Positions 1 to 11,810 of a DNA stretch of 64,000 nt are shown piece after piece. The position numbers were made by a program, and so were the translations under genes. The DNA comes from Negaprion brevirostris (Eukaryota): assembly GCA_030324005.1 (NCBI GenBank), contig JARDVH010000073.1, positions 102,873,908 to 102,937,907 of the forward strand. Direction: 5' to 3'. Positions within the stretch are counted from its first letter, which is position 1; every line of letters starts with the position of its first letter. Under the pieces are notes generated by a model. The model did no database searches. It was not told where the DNA came from and was given only the letters and a program-made list of their open reading frames with translations.

Positions 1-129
1 ATCTTGTCTATGGCACCAGCAGTTCAACTGTTTCTGGATGAATGAACATATCCTGAGTGCAATAGAGATTTTGCAGAAATATGTTGATAGTTGTACCATG
101 CCAGTGTTTTCTATTTTGATATAACACTA

Positions 130-720
130 AACCATGCAGCCAAGTGGTGAGCATAAGCCAGATTTAGTAGCACTCTAATCTTACTAAACTGATAAATTAG
201 GCAACAACAGATGGATTTTATTGTGGATAAATACAAAAGAATACACACTGGAACATGATATATATATGAACTGAAGGTTTGTGCATTGGGAAGGGTGGAG
301 AGGGATTTGGGTGTTTCCTGTCAGTCATGTTATTATCAACAAGGCCGAATCTCACGAGTGCTTTATTACAGAAATAGAAAAGCTACTCTGACCTTGATCA
401 GACCACATTTATAATATTGAGATTTTTTGGGTGCTGTACTTTAAAAAGGACATTCTTATACCCGAGAGTATTCAGGGAACTAAAATGATTGCAGGACTTG
501 GAACTTTAAGTTGGAAGAAAAATTGGCAAAATTTGCACTCGCCTTAATCAGAGGGTTGAAAAAATTGAATTGAGAACTGTGCTGCAGGTTTTTTTTTAAT
601 GGCATAGATGAACGGGATAAAAGCAGACCTTTAATTTAGATTGTTAACATCAAAACCAGAAGATAACATTTAGAAGGCTTAGTAAGAAAGAGGAGAATGA
701 TTTTCCACAAAAAAACTAAA
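130..720 (+). mobile_element. Old degraded CR1 LINE fragment (RT C-terminal region)
   Basis: Degenerate CR1 motifs: tggcaacaacagatggattttattgtggataaa (W...MxFN..KC), gagagggatttgggtgt (ERDLGV), ttgatcagaccacatttataatattg (LxRPHLEY). Boundaries approximate. Confidence 0.6.
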
Positions 721-861
721 ATACATTGCAGCTGTACAGAGTATTTCATAATCTCAGGACGTCCCAACGCATTTCACAATCAATGAAATACTTTTGAAGT
801 TTTGTCATTATTGTAATGTAGGAAATAGAGATCACAATTTGTATACGGCTAAGACCTATAA

Positions 862-1152
862 ACAGCAATGAGATATTGACTAGGTAATCTGCTTTAGCAA
901 TAAGGGTTGAGGGATAAAAACTGGCCAGGATACCAGGAATAACTCCCCTGCTTTTCTTGAAATAATGGCCATTTGTTCTTGGTATTTGCATCTGTATTTG
1001 CCTTGGTAGGACCTCAGTTTCATGTCTCATCCAAAAGATTGCCCCTGCTAAAGTGCAGCTTGGTTAGATTGTGTGCTCAGACCTCTGGATTTGCTACAAG
1101 CCCATGACATTCAGATTCATGCAAGAGTAGCATTATTGTGGCTTGGCTGACA
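862..1152 (-). mobile_element. DeuSINE (SacSINE1-like) tRNA-derived SINE
   Basis: Deu-domain-like text (gttgagggataaaaactggccaggataccaggaataactcccctgcttttcttgaaataatggccat) shared with copies at about 22500, 52100, 58345 and 60000. Confidence 0.65.
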
Positions 1153-1606
1153 CTAATTTGGTTTAAAGAAAGCAGGAAGAAACATGTTCCGCATAAGCAT
1201 ATCTTGGAACATAATGGTTTTTGTGCTGCTGCTATGAAGCAATATGGGAAATGCAGAACCAGAAAAAAATCCACCCAGCCAACCCAAAAACTTAAATCCA
1301 TTAATCACCCACAACTCAAATATTTATATAACCCTTTAAATTCCACAGGCAACGTGAGACTTGTTTTTCCTCCACCAGGATATGTATTCCAAGCTCCAGT
1401 TAACTTTCCTTAAGATGCCAGGGATTTTCTGTGAACTATGCATCAATATCCAAATCCTTCTCCTGTTTTGTGACCTGCAGTCTGATCTATTTAGTTTATA
1501 TTACCACTGCTTATTTTCCTTTCTTACTCTAATAACTTGCAATTGTTTGTATTTTCCATTTGATAGACTATCTTTACAAATATTTAAGTCCCTTTCACAT
1601 TAGGGT

Positions 1607-2827
1607 TGTTACCTCTGCCCTATTGTTTGAATCCAGCTCCCAAATTGAATATTTTCTGCAAACTTTGCCCCCAGCAGAATTTAATGCTCTGATCTGGAAA
1701 CTCCCTTAGTTTATTTTAGGAAACTTTCTTAAGAATCACTGCTAATTAGTTTAACAACAAGAAAATAAGCATTTATTAAACATGAAAAACTGGATTATAT
1801 ACAATACTCTATTCTCCCCCCCCTTTTTTGCACACAGATTTTAAAATTAACATGGGTTACAAAGTACACGTTAAGATCCAGTGGGCTCATTAACATGCAC
1901 AGACTCTTTTAAGCACACAAGATGACTGTGATAAGACACACTCCTCTCCTCTCTGAACCAAAGTAAATATCAATGGATTTCTCCTCAAACTCCCTCCAGT
2001 TGATTCTTATACATGAGCCACCTTCACTCACTGAACTCTGCCTCCACATGAATGGTTGCAAACTCTGCTTTCAAAAGTCACACTTTCAAACCTTCTTTTA
2101 AATTATGCTTTCCCTTCTCTGCTTCCATCAAGGTTTCACTTTCAGGTTTTACATCTCTCCCTCAGGTTTCCTTTATTTTAAAGGCTTTTACACAAACTCT
2201 GAGGTCTACCCACCGTTTTCCACAATTATTTTAAATAACGTTCCCCAAACTCTAGTTTTCTTACAAACCTTAGCACTACTGCAGATATCTTTATAGCCTC
2301 TCATGATCCAATGCCTTTTAACTCTCAGCAACTTTACTCAACAGTAATCCGTCTGGTTCCCAGTTTCTACTGTTCTGTCAGCTCCAGACTTTTTGGAAAC
2401 TTCTCTTCATTCCCGGCATCTGTTTTTTTAACAATTGCTCCATTGTATGTCTTTTCTTCTAGCAAGGCTGTGAGAGAGAGGTTCTCTCTTTGGCCTTCTA
2501 AAACCAACTGCTTCTAGCAGAGCTGTAAGAACTGTCTTCTCCATCAATACCTGTATCCAACTGCAAACAAATTAGCTAAACTAAAACTTGAAATCTTTTC
2601 TACCTTACAAAGCCCTAGTTGCTAAGTTTGTTTACTCATCAAGCCATAACCCCGCTAAGCACAATGAAATAACAGTTGGAGTTGAAACCGAAGCCCATGC
2701 ATGCAGCCTGGTTCTAACAATAGGTTTTACTCTTCTGGACACAGAAACATTAAATTAAACCCACTTAAAACTGTACCTTATTGTTTACCAATATAAATTC
2801 CTTAAAACTATCTTTATATTCCTAACA
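1607..2827 (-). mobile_element. Putative solo LTR (~1.2 kb)
   Basis: Starts TGTTA and ends TAACA (LTR-type inverted termini). Strong T/C strand skew, minus-strand AATAAA near 1772, no coding capacity. No clean target-site duplication. Confidence 0.45.
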
Positions 2828-3660
2828 CCCTTCTCCACCTTTTTACAGACAATTCCTTCCTAAAGTATGTTGACTAGAATTGGACCTAGTATTCTAGCTG
2901 TGGCTAACATAACTTTATAAAGTTTCAGTGAAACTTTTTTGCTTTTCAATGGCTCCATTCATGAAGCCCAAGATCCCACATACTTTGCTGATGCTCCCTC
3001 AAATTTGTTCTGCCATCTTCAAAGTTCCATGTACATGTACCACCAGTTCCTTCTGTCCCTATGAACTATTTAGAACTGGAACATTAACTTAATATTGCCT
3101 ATATATATATATATATATATACTACTATATATATATGATTCTAGCACTGATCCTTAGAGAACATTACTGTCAACCATCCTCCAGTCTGAAAAACAACCAT
3201 TTACCACTACTCGTTGTTCTCTGTCCTCAAGCTAATTGTGTTTTTCATCCAAGCAGACACTGACTCTTCTACTCCATGAGCCATAATTTTGTTAACCAGC
3301 CCTTTTATTTTATTTGCTTTATCAAATGCTTTTTAAAATCTATATAGGTAACATCCATTGCATTCCTTTTATCAACTTGCTGTGGCATTTCATCAAAAAA
3401 CTAAATTAAACTAGTCGAATCCAATCTGCCTTTGACAAATCCATGCTGGCTATTCTTAATTAATTCAAGTCTCCCCAAATGCCAGTTGAATTTTGCCCAA
3501 TTCTAAAGAATTACCCACCATTGGAATTATGCTAACTGGCCTCCAATTACAACTGTCCTTGTACCCTTTTTTTCAATTAGGGTGTCACATTTGCGACTCT
3601 CCAATCCTCTGGCATCTGTCCATATCTAGGCCAGGTTAGAAGATTGTTGCAAATTCTTCT
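2828..3660 (-). mobile_element. Degraded CR1 LINE RT fragment
   Basis: Reverse strand gives CR1 RT-like motifs: cttatcaaatgctttttaaaatctatatagg (YxDFxKAFDK), tagcactgatccttagagaaca (VPxGSVL), ttgacaaatccatgctggct (SQHGFVK). Confidence 0.7.
3100..3136. repeat. (TA)n microsatellite
   Basis: Interrupted TA dinucleotide run, directly visible. Confidence 0.9.
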
Positions 3661-3663
3661 GAT

Positions 3664-3957
3664 GGGTGGCACAGTAACACACTGGTTAGCACTGCTGTCT
3701 CATGATGCCAGGACCTGGGTTTGATTCCTGGCTTGAGTCACTGTGCAGAGTCTGCACGTTCTCCCCACGTCTACGTAGGTTTCCCCTGGATGCTCTGGTT
3801 TTTCCCCACAGCCCAGAAGACATGCTGGTTAGGTGCATTGGCCATGTAAATTCTCCCTCAGTGTACCCAAAGAGTGTGGCAAATCGGGGATTTTCACAGT
3901 AACTTCATTGCAATGTTAATGTATGCCTACTTGTGACACTAAAATGAACTTGAACTT
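3664..3957 (+). mobile_element. V-SINE (HE1-like), tail type A
   Basis: tRNA-like head (ggtggcacagt...ggttagcactgctg...gggtttgattcc), V domain (tctgcacgttctcccc...ggtttcc...gctctggtttt), tail ttttcacagtaacttcattgcaatgttaatgta...cttgtgacactaa. Confidence 0.85.
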
Positions 3958-4352
3958 ATCAGACAACAGTAAAACACACCCAGTTGAAATGCGCACTGGG
4001 ATGAATATTCTGCTTGTGGCTGTGTTTTTTTTTTGGATGGATTTTTAACATCCACCAGAACCATTTAAAATATTACCTAAAGGGCAACACTTGCTGATAA
4101 TACAGCACTGCCTCTGTACAGAACTGAAGTATTGGTCTAGATTGTGTGCTGAACTACTTAGTAATGAGAGTTGTAATAACTGCACCAGATTGTCTCTCAA
4201 TATTCCTGTGCGCTCTCTGCAACAATTTCACACAAGCTACCCAGACCCCCATGTCCCAGACTGGATGGTGTTTGTGTTTCTGCTGTGTAACTGGACTGGC
4301 TGTATATGTTTCAAATAGACTGTGGTGACATCCCACATTCTGTATTCTTTAG

Positions 4353-4500
4353 GAAAACCATGAGCAAACTCTGGAGAAGCAGCTGCTGGATGAGCAGTTT
4401 GCTCTGCTGCGCTGTGCACTGGAGGAGGCAGAGGGAATTGTTCAAGATGCACTCAGCAGGTTGGATGACCCCCTTCACGTTGGCTGCACAAGCTCTGCAG
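4353..4500 (+). CDS. HIP1R: Internal coding exon of a huntingtin-interacting protein 1 family gene (HIP1R most likely; HIP1 not excluded)
   Basis: Acceptor ttctttAG| and donor CAG|gtaaat; 148 bp, phase 0 to 1. Translates ENHEQTLEKQLLDEQFALLRCALEEAEGIVQDALSRLDDPLHVGCTSSA, matching human HIP1R LLDEQFAVLRGAAAEAAGILQDAVSKLDDPLHLRCTSSP as I remember it. The terminal SA is HIP1-like, so the paralog call is less certain than the family call. Confidence 0.88.
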
Positions 4501-5489
4501 GTAAATACAGAAGGCAAGAGGTGATGGGGCTGGTTCAGGATTTGAACCAAAATGTAGTTTAATTAGTTAAGGATGCGTGAAGTGATTTTGAAGTTGACTG
4601 AGGTTTGAGATAGGAAAAAGTTGTTTTTGTACTTAGATTTCAGGAGCTAGGAAGCACATTATGGCCAGAATATTGTTGTCCTTCAACCACAGTTCAGATG
4701 GAGCCCAGCATGAGTATCTTTGGTCCTCATTACATCAGGACATCTTGCCAATACCCTGAACTGCTGAGAAAAGTGGAAGCCCCTGCAAGCTTTCTGAGCT
4801 AATGTCATTAGCTGACTCTGTTGTTCTATAGAAAGCTAGAATCCGAATTCACCCTTTCATCCTGTTGATAGCTGAGACGCGGACAGTCAGGACAGAGGCA
4901 ATGAAATCTCCCAGTGTCTTTCCCTATGACTTGCTCAGACACCTTTAGGAATTGGGTGATGTTCTGTACTGGAATATCCAGATGTCGTGGCACATATCTA
5001 CAGACCTGTGGCAGACTGGGTAGTCAGTGATAGACAAAATCATTTTGGATGTTCAGTTAACTGTGCAATGAGTCAAATCCAGCAGCAGCAATCATTGAAC
5101 TAGAGCACCATAGAACTGAGCCTTATCTCTGTGGAATATGAGCAACATCAAACAGTAACTGCACGTTGCTGCTTTTAATTCCACCACTGTTGGGATGCAC
5201 AACTCTTGCTCACAGAAATGGGTGGAATCAGCTCGGCCACTTACTGTCTCCTCAAAATGAACTCTGACTTTGGTAAAAGTCAGAAGGTCAATTGTGAGAG
5301 CCTGTTCCTAGCATGGTGCCNNNNNNNNNNNNNNNNNNNNNNNNNNNNNNNNNNNNNNNNNNNNNNNNNNNNNNNNNNNNNNNNNNNNNNNNNNNNNNNN
5401 NNNNNNNNNNNNNNNNNNNNCTCACCTGAAGAATTCACCTGAGGTTCATCACCCACCCTTATTTTTGTTTTGTCACCGTAATTGGAATG

Positions 5490-5680
5490 TACCTCCCCCC
5501 CACACTCACACTCTCACCCCCCTCCTCACTGCTCCTTGCACTGTCTCAGTCCCTGCTCCCACTCTTACATTCTCTCGCTCCCCCCAGCACGCTGTCTTGC
5601 TCCACCCCCCAGCGCGCTCTCTTGCCCTTGCACGCACCCCCGCCCCGGGCTTGTGCCCCTGTCGCTTCCCCCCCGCGTAC
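5490..5680. repeat. C-rich low-complexity tract
   Basis: Degenerate C/T/CA-rich sequence beside a gap; explains the Pro/Leu/Ser-rich ORFs in all frames. Confidence 0.7.
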
Positions 5681-6167
5681 TTATACACCTATATGGGCAA
5701 CATCCAGTGCATTCCCTTTATCAAGCTCAAGATTCATTTTCAATTCCAGGAGATAGAGCTTTGCAGTTGGCCAGAATTCACTGTTGAAATAATGATGAGG
5801 CAAGTGGCACTCTTTGTTACTTGTATACAAATTGCAGAGCATCTTCTATCAAACGTAAGTATGAAATTAATTCAAAGGCGCTGATGTTGGTATCCCTAAA
5901 AAGCATCTTCTTGTTTGCTTTGAACAGTGTGATTTGGTAGCAGTTAGAGGCTAACCTCATCACAGAAATTTAGGGCACATCCATTTGAATCTCTTAAGTA
6001 TCCTTTTTATCAACATACTGTCAAACANNNNNNGTCAAACAATTCTGATACCAGTGTGGACATGTATTGCTTCACCTGTTACCCTTCCTTTATTTGGTTT
6101 CTACAACTGATATTAAATTCACATTAACATTAAATTCACTATTCTCAACCTAAGTAAACTGTTTAAA

Positions 6168-6555
6168 AATAAGGGGTCACTCATTTAAGACAGAGATGAG
6201 AATGTTTTTTTTCTCAGAGGGTCGTGAATCTTGAATCTTGCTTCAAAACAAGTTGGAAGCAGAACCTTTCAATATTTTTACAGCTGAGCTAGACATATTC
6301 TTGATTACCAAGGAGTGAAAGGTTATCGGGGGTTGGCAGGCAAGTAGGGTTTTGTGATTCATTCATGGGACATGGGCATCACTGGCTAGCCAGCATTTAT
6401 TGCGCATCCCTAATTGCCCTTAAGATGGTGGTGAGCTGCCTTCTTGAATCACTGCAGTCCACATGCTTGGGTTGAGGTTACAATCAGATCAGCCATGATC
6501 TAATTGAATGGCACAGTACAGGCTTGTGGAGCCAAGTGGCCTACTCCTAGTTTGT
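6168..6555 (+). mobile_element. CR1 3' end, interrupted by an oppositely oriented CR1 3'UTR (~6345-6465)
   Basis: ataaggggtcactcatttaagacagagatgag...ctcagagggtcgtgaatc and the terminal cagatcagccatgatctaattgaatggc...gtggcctactcct. The inner piece matches the reverse of the 3' end of the 42230-43345 family. Confidence 0.75.
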
Positions 6556-8109
6556 ATATTCGAACTTATACTTCCTGGTTTAGACATTACAACAATTCTA
6601 CCATCTGGTTGGTTAAAGAGATGCACAGTTGCTTGCCCTCTTTACAAATGTCCCTAAATGTCTTTTGGAGGGTGCTGTGCCATTTTGATCTCCAATTCAC
6701 CATTGGTCTCCAGGGCACATCTAGCATTCAGAAGGCAATGTTCATTTGCAACTTAAAGTAAATGTTGGTGCACTGTGTTTAAGGATATGACTGAGAAAGC
6801 AAAGAGCTATATACTTCAAATTATCGTGGTAGCTAGATTTCAGTTTTGTGGATGGTCACAATAGCAAATAAAGAACAAAATAAATATTTTAATAATAAAG
6901 ATTTATAAATTTCTTTAACTTCACAACAAAATGGGCCTTATAATTTTCAAAACTTGTACCTGAATTAATCATTTAGCATGTTAACCTCATTCTTGTTTGT
7001 CCTTTTGTTTTCACCACAACTTTATTGAATCTTAAAGAAAATACTTTTTTATGACACAATTTGATTGATGGTTGAAAAATGATTGCCCTGATATATCCTC
7101 ACATCCTTTTCAAACCTTTGGAGATCTAAATTCCTTATTGTAGCATTTGATTTCAACAGCTGTGCTCATTGTTTGTTCTGCTTTTGCATCACTAGCTGCT
7201 TTTTAAAGATATTTTTGGAGGTTTCTGTATTCCTTCCTGTGATTACCCTCCCATTCTCCTTGCATGCTTTTTAGAGTTGCTATACTTATTCCTCTTTGTG
7301 TTCTTATTAATCCAATTAGGGTCACATTTCTTTAATCTGTATTTAACTGATCCTCAGTACGTACTTATCCTGCGTACTATGTAGAACATTCTCAAAGGTA
7401 TTCCATTTGTCCTCAGTTCAAATTATGTCGAGTGCTATCGCCCAATCGATTTTGGTTAAGCTTTTCTCTCTTTCCACTTTGTCCCTGCTATAGTTGTGTA
7501 CCTCATTATTGATTGACAGTGTTAGTTTATTTCTGATCATGTCAAATGTAATCATTGTTATGGTTACTTACCTTCAGGAAGAAACATTCATCCTAACAGT
7601 CTGAGTTGAACTAAGGACTTGGAAGTGAAGTCAAAGTATTTGTAAAACTGAGCTCCCATACCTGGTGTGTGTATGTGAATTTCTTTCCAAACCTGAATAT
7701 TGTCAATGCAGTAACATCATTTATGGGTTTGAACTGCCCAAAATGCTGACTATTCCCTTATGGTTAATTAAGGTGTTAGAACTCCTTGTTTAGGGTGAAA
7801 CTTTGTAAAGCATTTATTGACCACACTACAAAATGTGAAACACTGAAATGAAACTTTTTGGGAAAGATAACCTTGATGTCAAATCTCCACTTCATCCAAC
7901 TCTGCAATGTAAGTGCTATTACACCAGCTTCAGTGTTTTGGTGAAAGGTGGACAACTCTACACTTAGCCACATTATATTCCTTCTGCCCTGTTTTTCCAC
8001 ATTCACTAAGCCTGTATAAATCACCATGAAGCCTCTTTTCATTGCCCTCTCAAGCACACCTTCCTACATTATGACTCTTTAAAGATGCAGCACACAAAGC
8101 ATCCTTTCT

Positions 8110-8575
8110 GGATATTTCCCAGCTTGGCATTGCTCCTGTTCTGACCAAGACTGCAAGAAACTACAAAGGATTGTGAATGTAGCTCAGTCTGTCATGCAAA
8201 CCAGCCTCCCATCCATTCATTTTGTCTACACTTTCCACTGTCTCAGAAATGCAGCCAGCATAATCAGGGACCCCATGCACCCCGGACATATTCTCTTCCA
8301 CCTTTTTCTATCGGGAAAAGTATGCAAAAGTCTGAAATCATGTATCAGTCAATTTGAGAATGGCTTCCTCCCTGCTGCCATCAGACTTTGTCTGATTGCA
8401 GCCTTGTATTAAGTTGATCTTTCTCTACACCCTAGCTATGATTGTAACACCATATTCTGCACCCACCTTTCCTTCTCCCCTATGTACTCTGAGTTGTATG
8501 CTTAGTCTGTATAGTGTGCAAAAAGAAATACTTTTCACTGTATTCTAATATATGTGACAATAAATTAAATCAAAT
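8110..8575 (+). mobile_element. Rex1/Babar-type LINE 3' fragment
   Basis: Peptide LQRIVNVAQSVMQTSLPSIHFVYTFHCLRNAASIIRDPMHPGHILFHLFLSGK...FENGFLPAAIRL fits the Rex-Babar C-terminal pattern; AAATC-type tail at the end. Confidence 0.75.
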
Positions 8576-8659
8576 AATTGATAAAGAATAAAATAACATG
8601 ATGTGGGAAAAAAGTTAGAAAGAACTATGTGGAAGAAAGCGGGAAAATGGAACTGAGCC

Positions 8660-8750
8660 ACTTCAGATCAGCCATGATCTTATTGAATGGCGGGGCAGGC
8701 TCGAAGGGCTAGATGGCCTACTCCTGCTCCTACTTCTTATGTTCTTATGC
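8660..8750 (+). mobile_element. CR1 3'UTR fragment
   Basis: cagatcagccatgatcttattgaatggcggggcaggctcgaagggctagatggcctactcctgctcct followed by a (TTCTTATG)n tail. Confidence 0.8.
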
Positions 8751-9085
8751 TAGCTCTCAGAGAGCTGGACCAGGTAATTAGGATTGCATTGGTTGCCTTT
8801 TGTCTTTGATTCTATGATTATTCATATCGGGGGAAAAAGATTGGGTAAAGCCTTCTATCAGTAGAAAGGTTTTGGCGATGTCTTTCACCCTTTATATGTA
8901 AGACTTAAATTAAAAATACAATTATAGGACTGTCATTTCACATTGTATATTTGAATTTCAAGGCAGAAATTTATAAATATCACCTAATCTGTAAACTTGC
9001 TTCGCTTCATTGCAATTAGATACTGCTTGATCTCATGGTCTGTTCTCATTATTATACTTTAAGGTAGTAGCCAATTTAAATATAG

Positions 9086-9225
9086 GGGCCAAACTTCTCC
9101 AGTCCTGCTGGCAGCACACCCGTGCCCACTGGTGTGGGATTCCCTTTGACAGCAGCGGAACTAGAGAATACCACCACCTCCCACAGGCAGGAAACATGCG
9201 GCTGGGATGCTGGAGAATTTCACCC
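9086..9225. mobile_element. Small MITE (Harbinger-like termini)
   Basis: Imperfect terminal inverted repeats GGGCCAAACTTCTCCAG / CTGGAGAATTTCACCC around a GC-rich interior in AT-rich flanks. Confidence 0.55.
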
Positions 9226-11489
9226 AGTGTTCTTTTAACTGTGTTTAACACCACATAATGCTCACAATGTACAAAGCATCTCTTCGTTGCATACAATGCT
9301 CAGTTGCTTTCCAGAATATTTGTATTAATTTCTCCGTTAAACAACTAATATATTGAGAATCATTTTTTCCAAATACCTTATGAATACAAAATAATTGATT
9401 TTTGCTTTTTGTTAGATCTATCATCAAATACTTTTGTTTTCTACCACAAGTAGAAGTCATTTCAGGTGGCATTTATTTATTTTCATCAAAGTTATGGTGC
9501 TTCTGCAAAAAGAAAATATTTTGTACTAAATTCCTTATAAGGCTATGCACTTAGTTTAGACTGGACAGATGTGTCTTCTGCAGATTCTACCAGACCACAC
9601 AATTCAATAGGAACTTCCTAAAAAAAACTGTATGCAATCATGCTGAATGTTTCTGATCAATACTTCTCTTAACAGCAGTGCAATAGTATTTACTCCTGGC
9701 AACTACCATTGAGTACTGTGCCATGTCATTAATGAGCAATACCCCAAGTCCACTGGGACGAAAGGTCTGGTTGCCTGAAGACTTTGATGGCTTACTGTAA
9801 AAGAAAGCATCTCAGCTGTCTAATTGTACTCAGATTACTGAGATGCATTGAAAGTTATAAACCTCTACAACACCCTGTGGTGTTTCGAAGGAGAGCTGTA
9901 TGATAGGGATCATTTACATTGCCACAAAATGACACAAAAAGCCAACCTTTTGAGATAGTTATCTTTGGATTTTGTCTTTTCCAGTTCAGCGTATTTTTTA
10001 AATCTTTTCCACTTGAAAATTTGAGGCATTTCTGAACCAGTAGTTGAGCCCAGATAATTACTGCTGTTGACTATCTGAAGAAGGAAGACAGCAAACCATT
10101 TACTTCATATAAAAATATCAGACTTCTTCTTGAAAGATCCTAAAGTGTGACATGATAGTCCTCACCCCTCGCCAGTGACATCACGGGATAACATCAGGAA
10201 TATTATTTCTATCTCATCAGCAGGCCTGTACACCTGAAGAATCCTCTCCAGCTAAGAAAGTTCATTCACATCAGCATGAAGCAGGTTGGCATGCATCACG
10301 TGGTGTGCCAGCAGCTTCAACACCGCTTTCCCACCTGCTATTGGCCTCTGCTGATATTCAGGAAAATTCCATCTTTAGAGTTTCAAGTCTTAAACCCCAA
10401 ATATAAGAAAATTGACAGAGAAAGAACGAATATCTGGTACCTGGATATTCATATATTCTCATGATCAACTTTTAATTGAGTTTGAAGGATCAGCATAACA
10501 AAAGTTGCTTCCACTGAATAAAGGTCAAGTTTCTACTTCAGTAGAACCAAAGATCTGCCCCTAAGTCATTGACTCTATCTTCCGCTTTGGTTTAATGCTT
10601 GCTCTTCCAGAATTTACAGGCCTTTCCCCAAGTACCAGATGCAATCAGGCAGTGCCCCTTCCAGGATGCCTCAGTCCTATCTGCATTTTTAATTTTTATC
10701 CAGTAGTTTGTCCTGTTTGAATTCAGCAGGCTTGGACTTCTTGTAAGGGTTGTTTCTCTACTAGTGAATACATTTTAAACCAGAATTTATGAGGTTTCTG
10801 AGGCACCACAACACATGCCTATGCAGTTACAAAAACAAGCTTTCACGTGAGGCCAATACTTCACATTACTAACTTACGAGCAATTTTTGCTCTTTTAATC
10901 GATTTAAAAGAAAGCATTGAATTTGATGCAGTTAAAAAAATGTCCAATGAACACCAGCATCTGAAAAACTAAAAGCACAAAACCAAAAGCCGTGTATATA
11001 TTGAATTACCACTTACCTCATCTTTTGCAAGCTTGCTGTGTTACATCACATGGGATTTGACCTCAAATTATTGTATGATGGTTATTGCTTGGGGACTGAT
11101 TATTTCAAAGTCACTCTTAGAATGCTTAATACAGTATTTGACATTTTGAGTCAGCCACCTGTGTACAGTCTTTGTATTCAGTGTGATAAATGCCTTCATT
11201 CAGACTGATTGCAAATGTTCCTGTGGTTGTTGATGATAATAAGACATTTCAGTGTCCCATCTAAATCTTGTTAGTGAAGAAATGACAAGGTTATGGCTTT
11301 TCCATACAGCCTGAATGCCCATATAGTTTAAATAGTGTCAAAACAATATATTTTTCCTCCATACTATAATCTAGCTATATGCAATGGAATCTATTTTAAA
11401 TAAAGGGTAATAGCATTTTTGAATTCCCAACCCAAGACATTGGGTCCTGCTGGAATATAGTTTGTTCGTTGGTGCTCACTGCTCTCCAC

Positions 11490-11810
11490 TACCTGACCCA
11501 AACAACTATCCTTCATGTGTGACCCCAGATGGAGTGACAGCAGGCTTCAGTGGGCATTACAGCCAAGCTTGATCCAGTTTTCACCAGATATCCATATGTG
11601 CGCACTTTGCTACATAGCCATCAGAAGGGATGACTGACTATTTTTATATCCTCCCTCCCTTGATCCAGATGTTCCAAGGCCAATTTTAGTAACTTACTGC
11701 TGCTTTGGTTTAGTTCAGCTAACCCAGCACAGATAAGGAATGGAACCTGTGATTTTCTGGTTGGTAGGCCTTTGTTCTACTCTGGGCAGTGCCTTTCCCT
11801 ACTAAGCCAT
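11490..11810 (-). mobile_element. Ancient tRNA-type SINE (family not named)
   Basis: Minus strand starts atggcttagtagggaaaggcactg with a B-box-like caggttccattcc. Related fragments at about 36400-36570 and 39850-39940. Confidence 0.5.

Noticed and set aside
3664-3740. tRNA-like sequences with A/B boxes (also at 17400, 19525, 40645)
   Set aside because: These are SINE heads continuing into V domains, not tRNA genes.
5465-5884. 139-aa Pro-rich ORF and overlapping ORFs
   Set aside because: Result of C-rich low complexity; no recognisable domain.
11008-11040. Strong minus-strand donor GAG|GTAAGT (others at about 7566, 35605, 40453)
   Set aside because: No matching acceptor with a pyrimidine tract; isolated donor motifs are common by chance.
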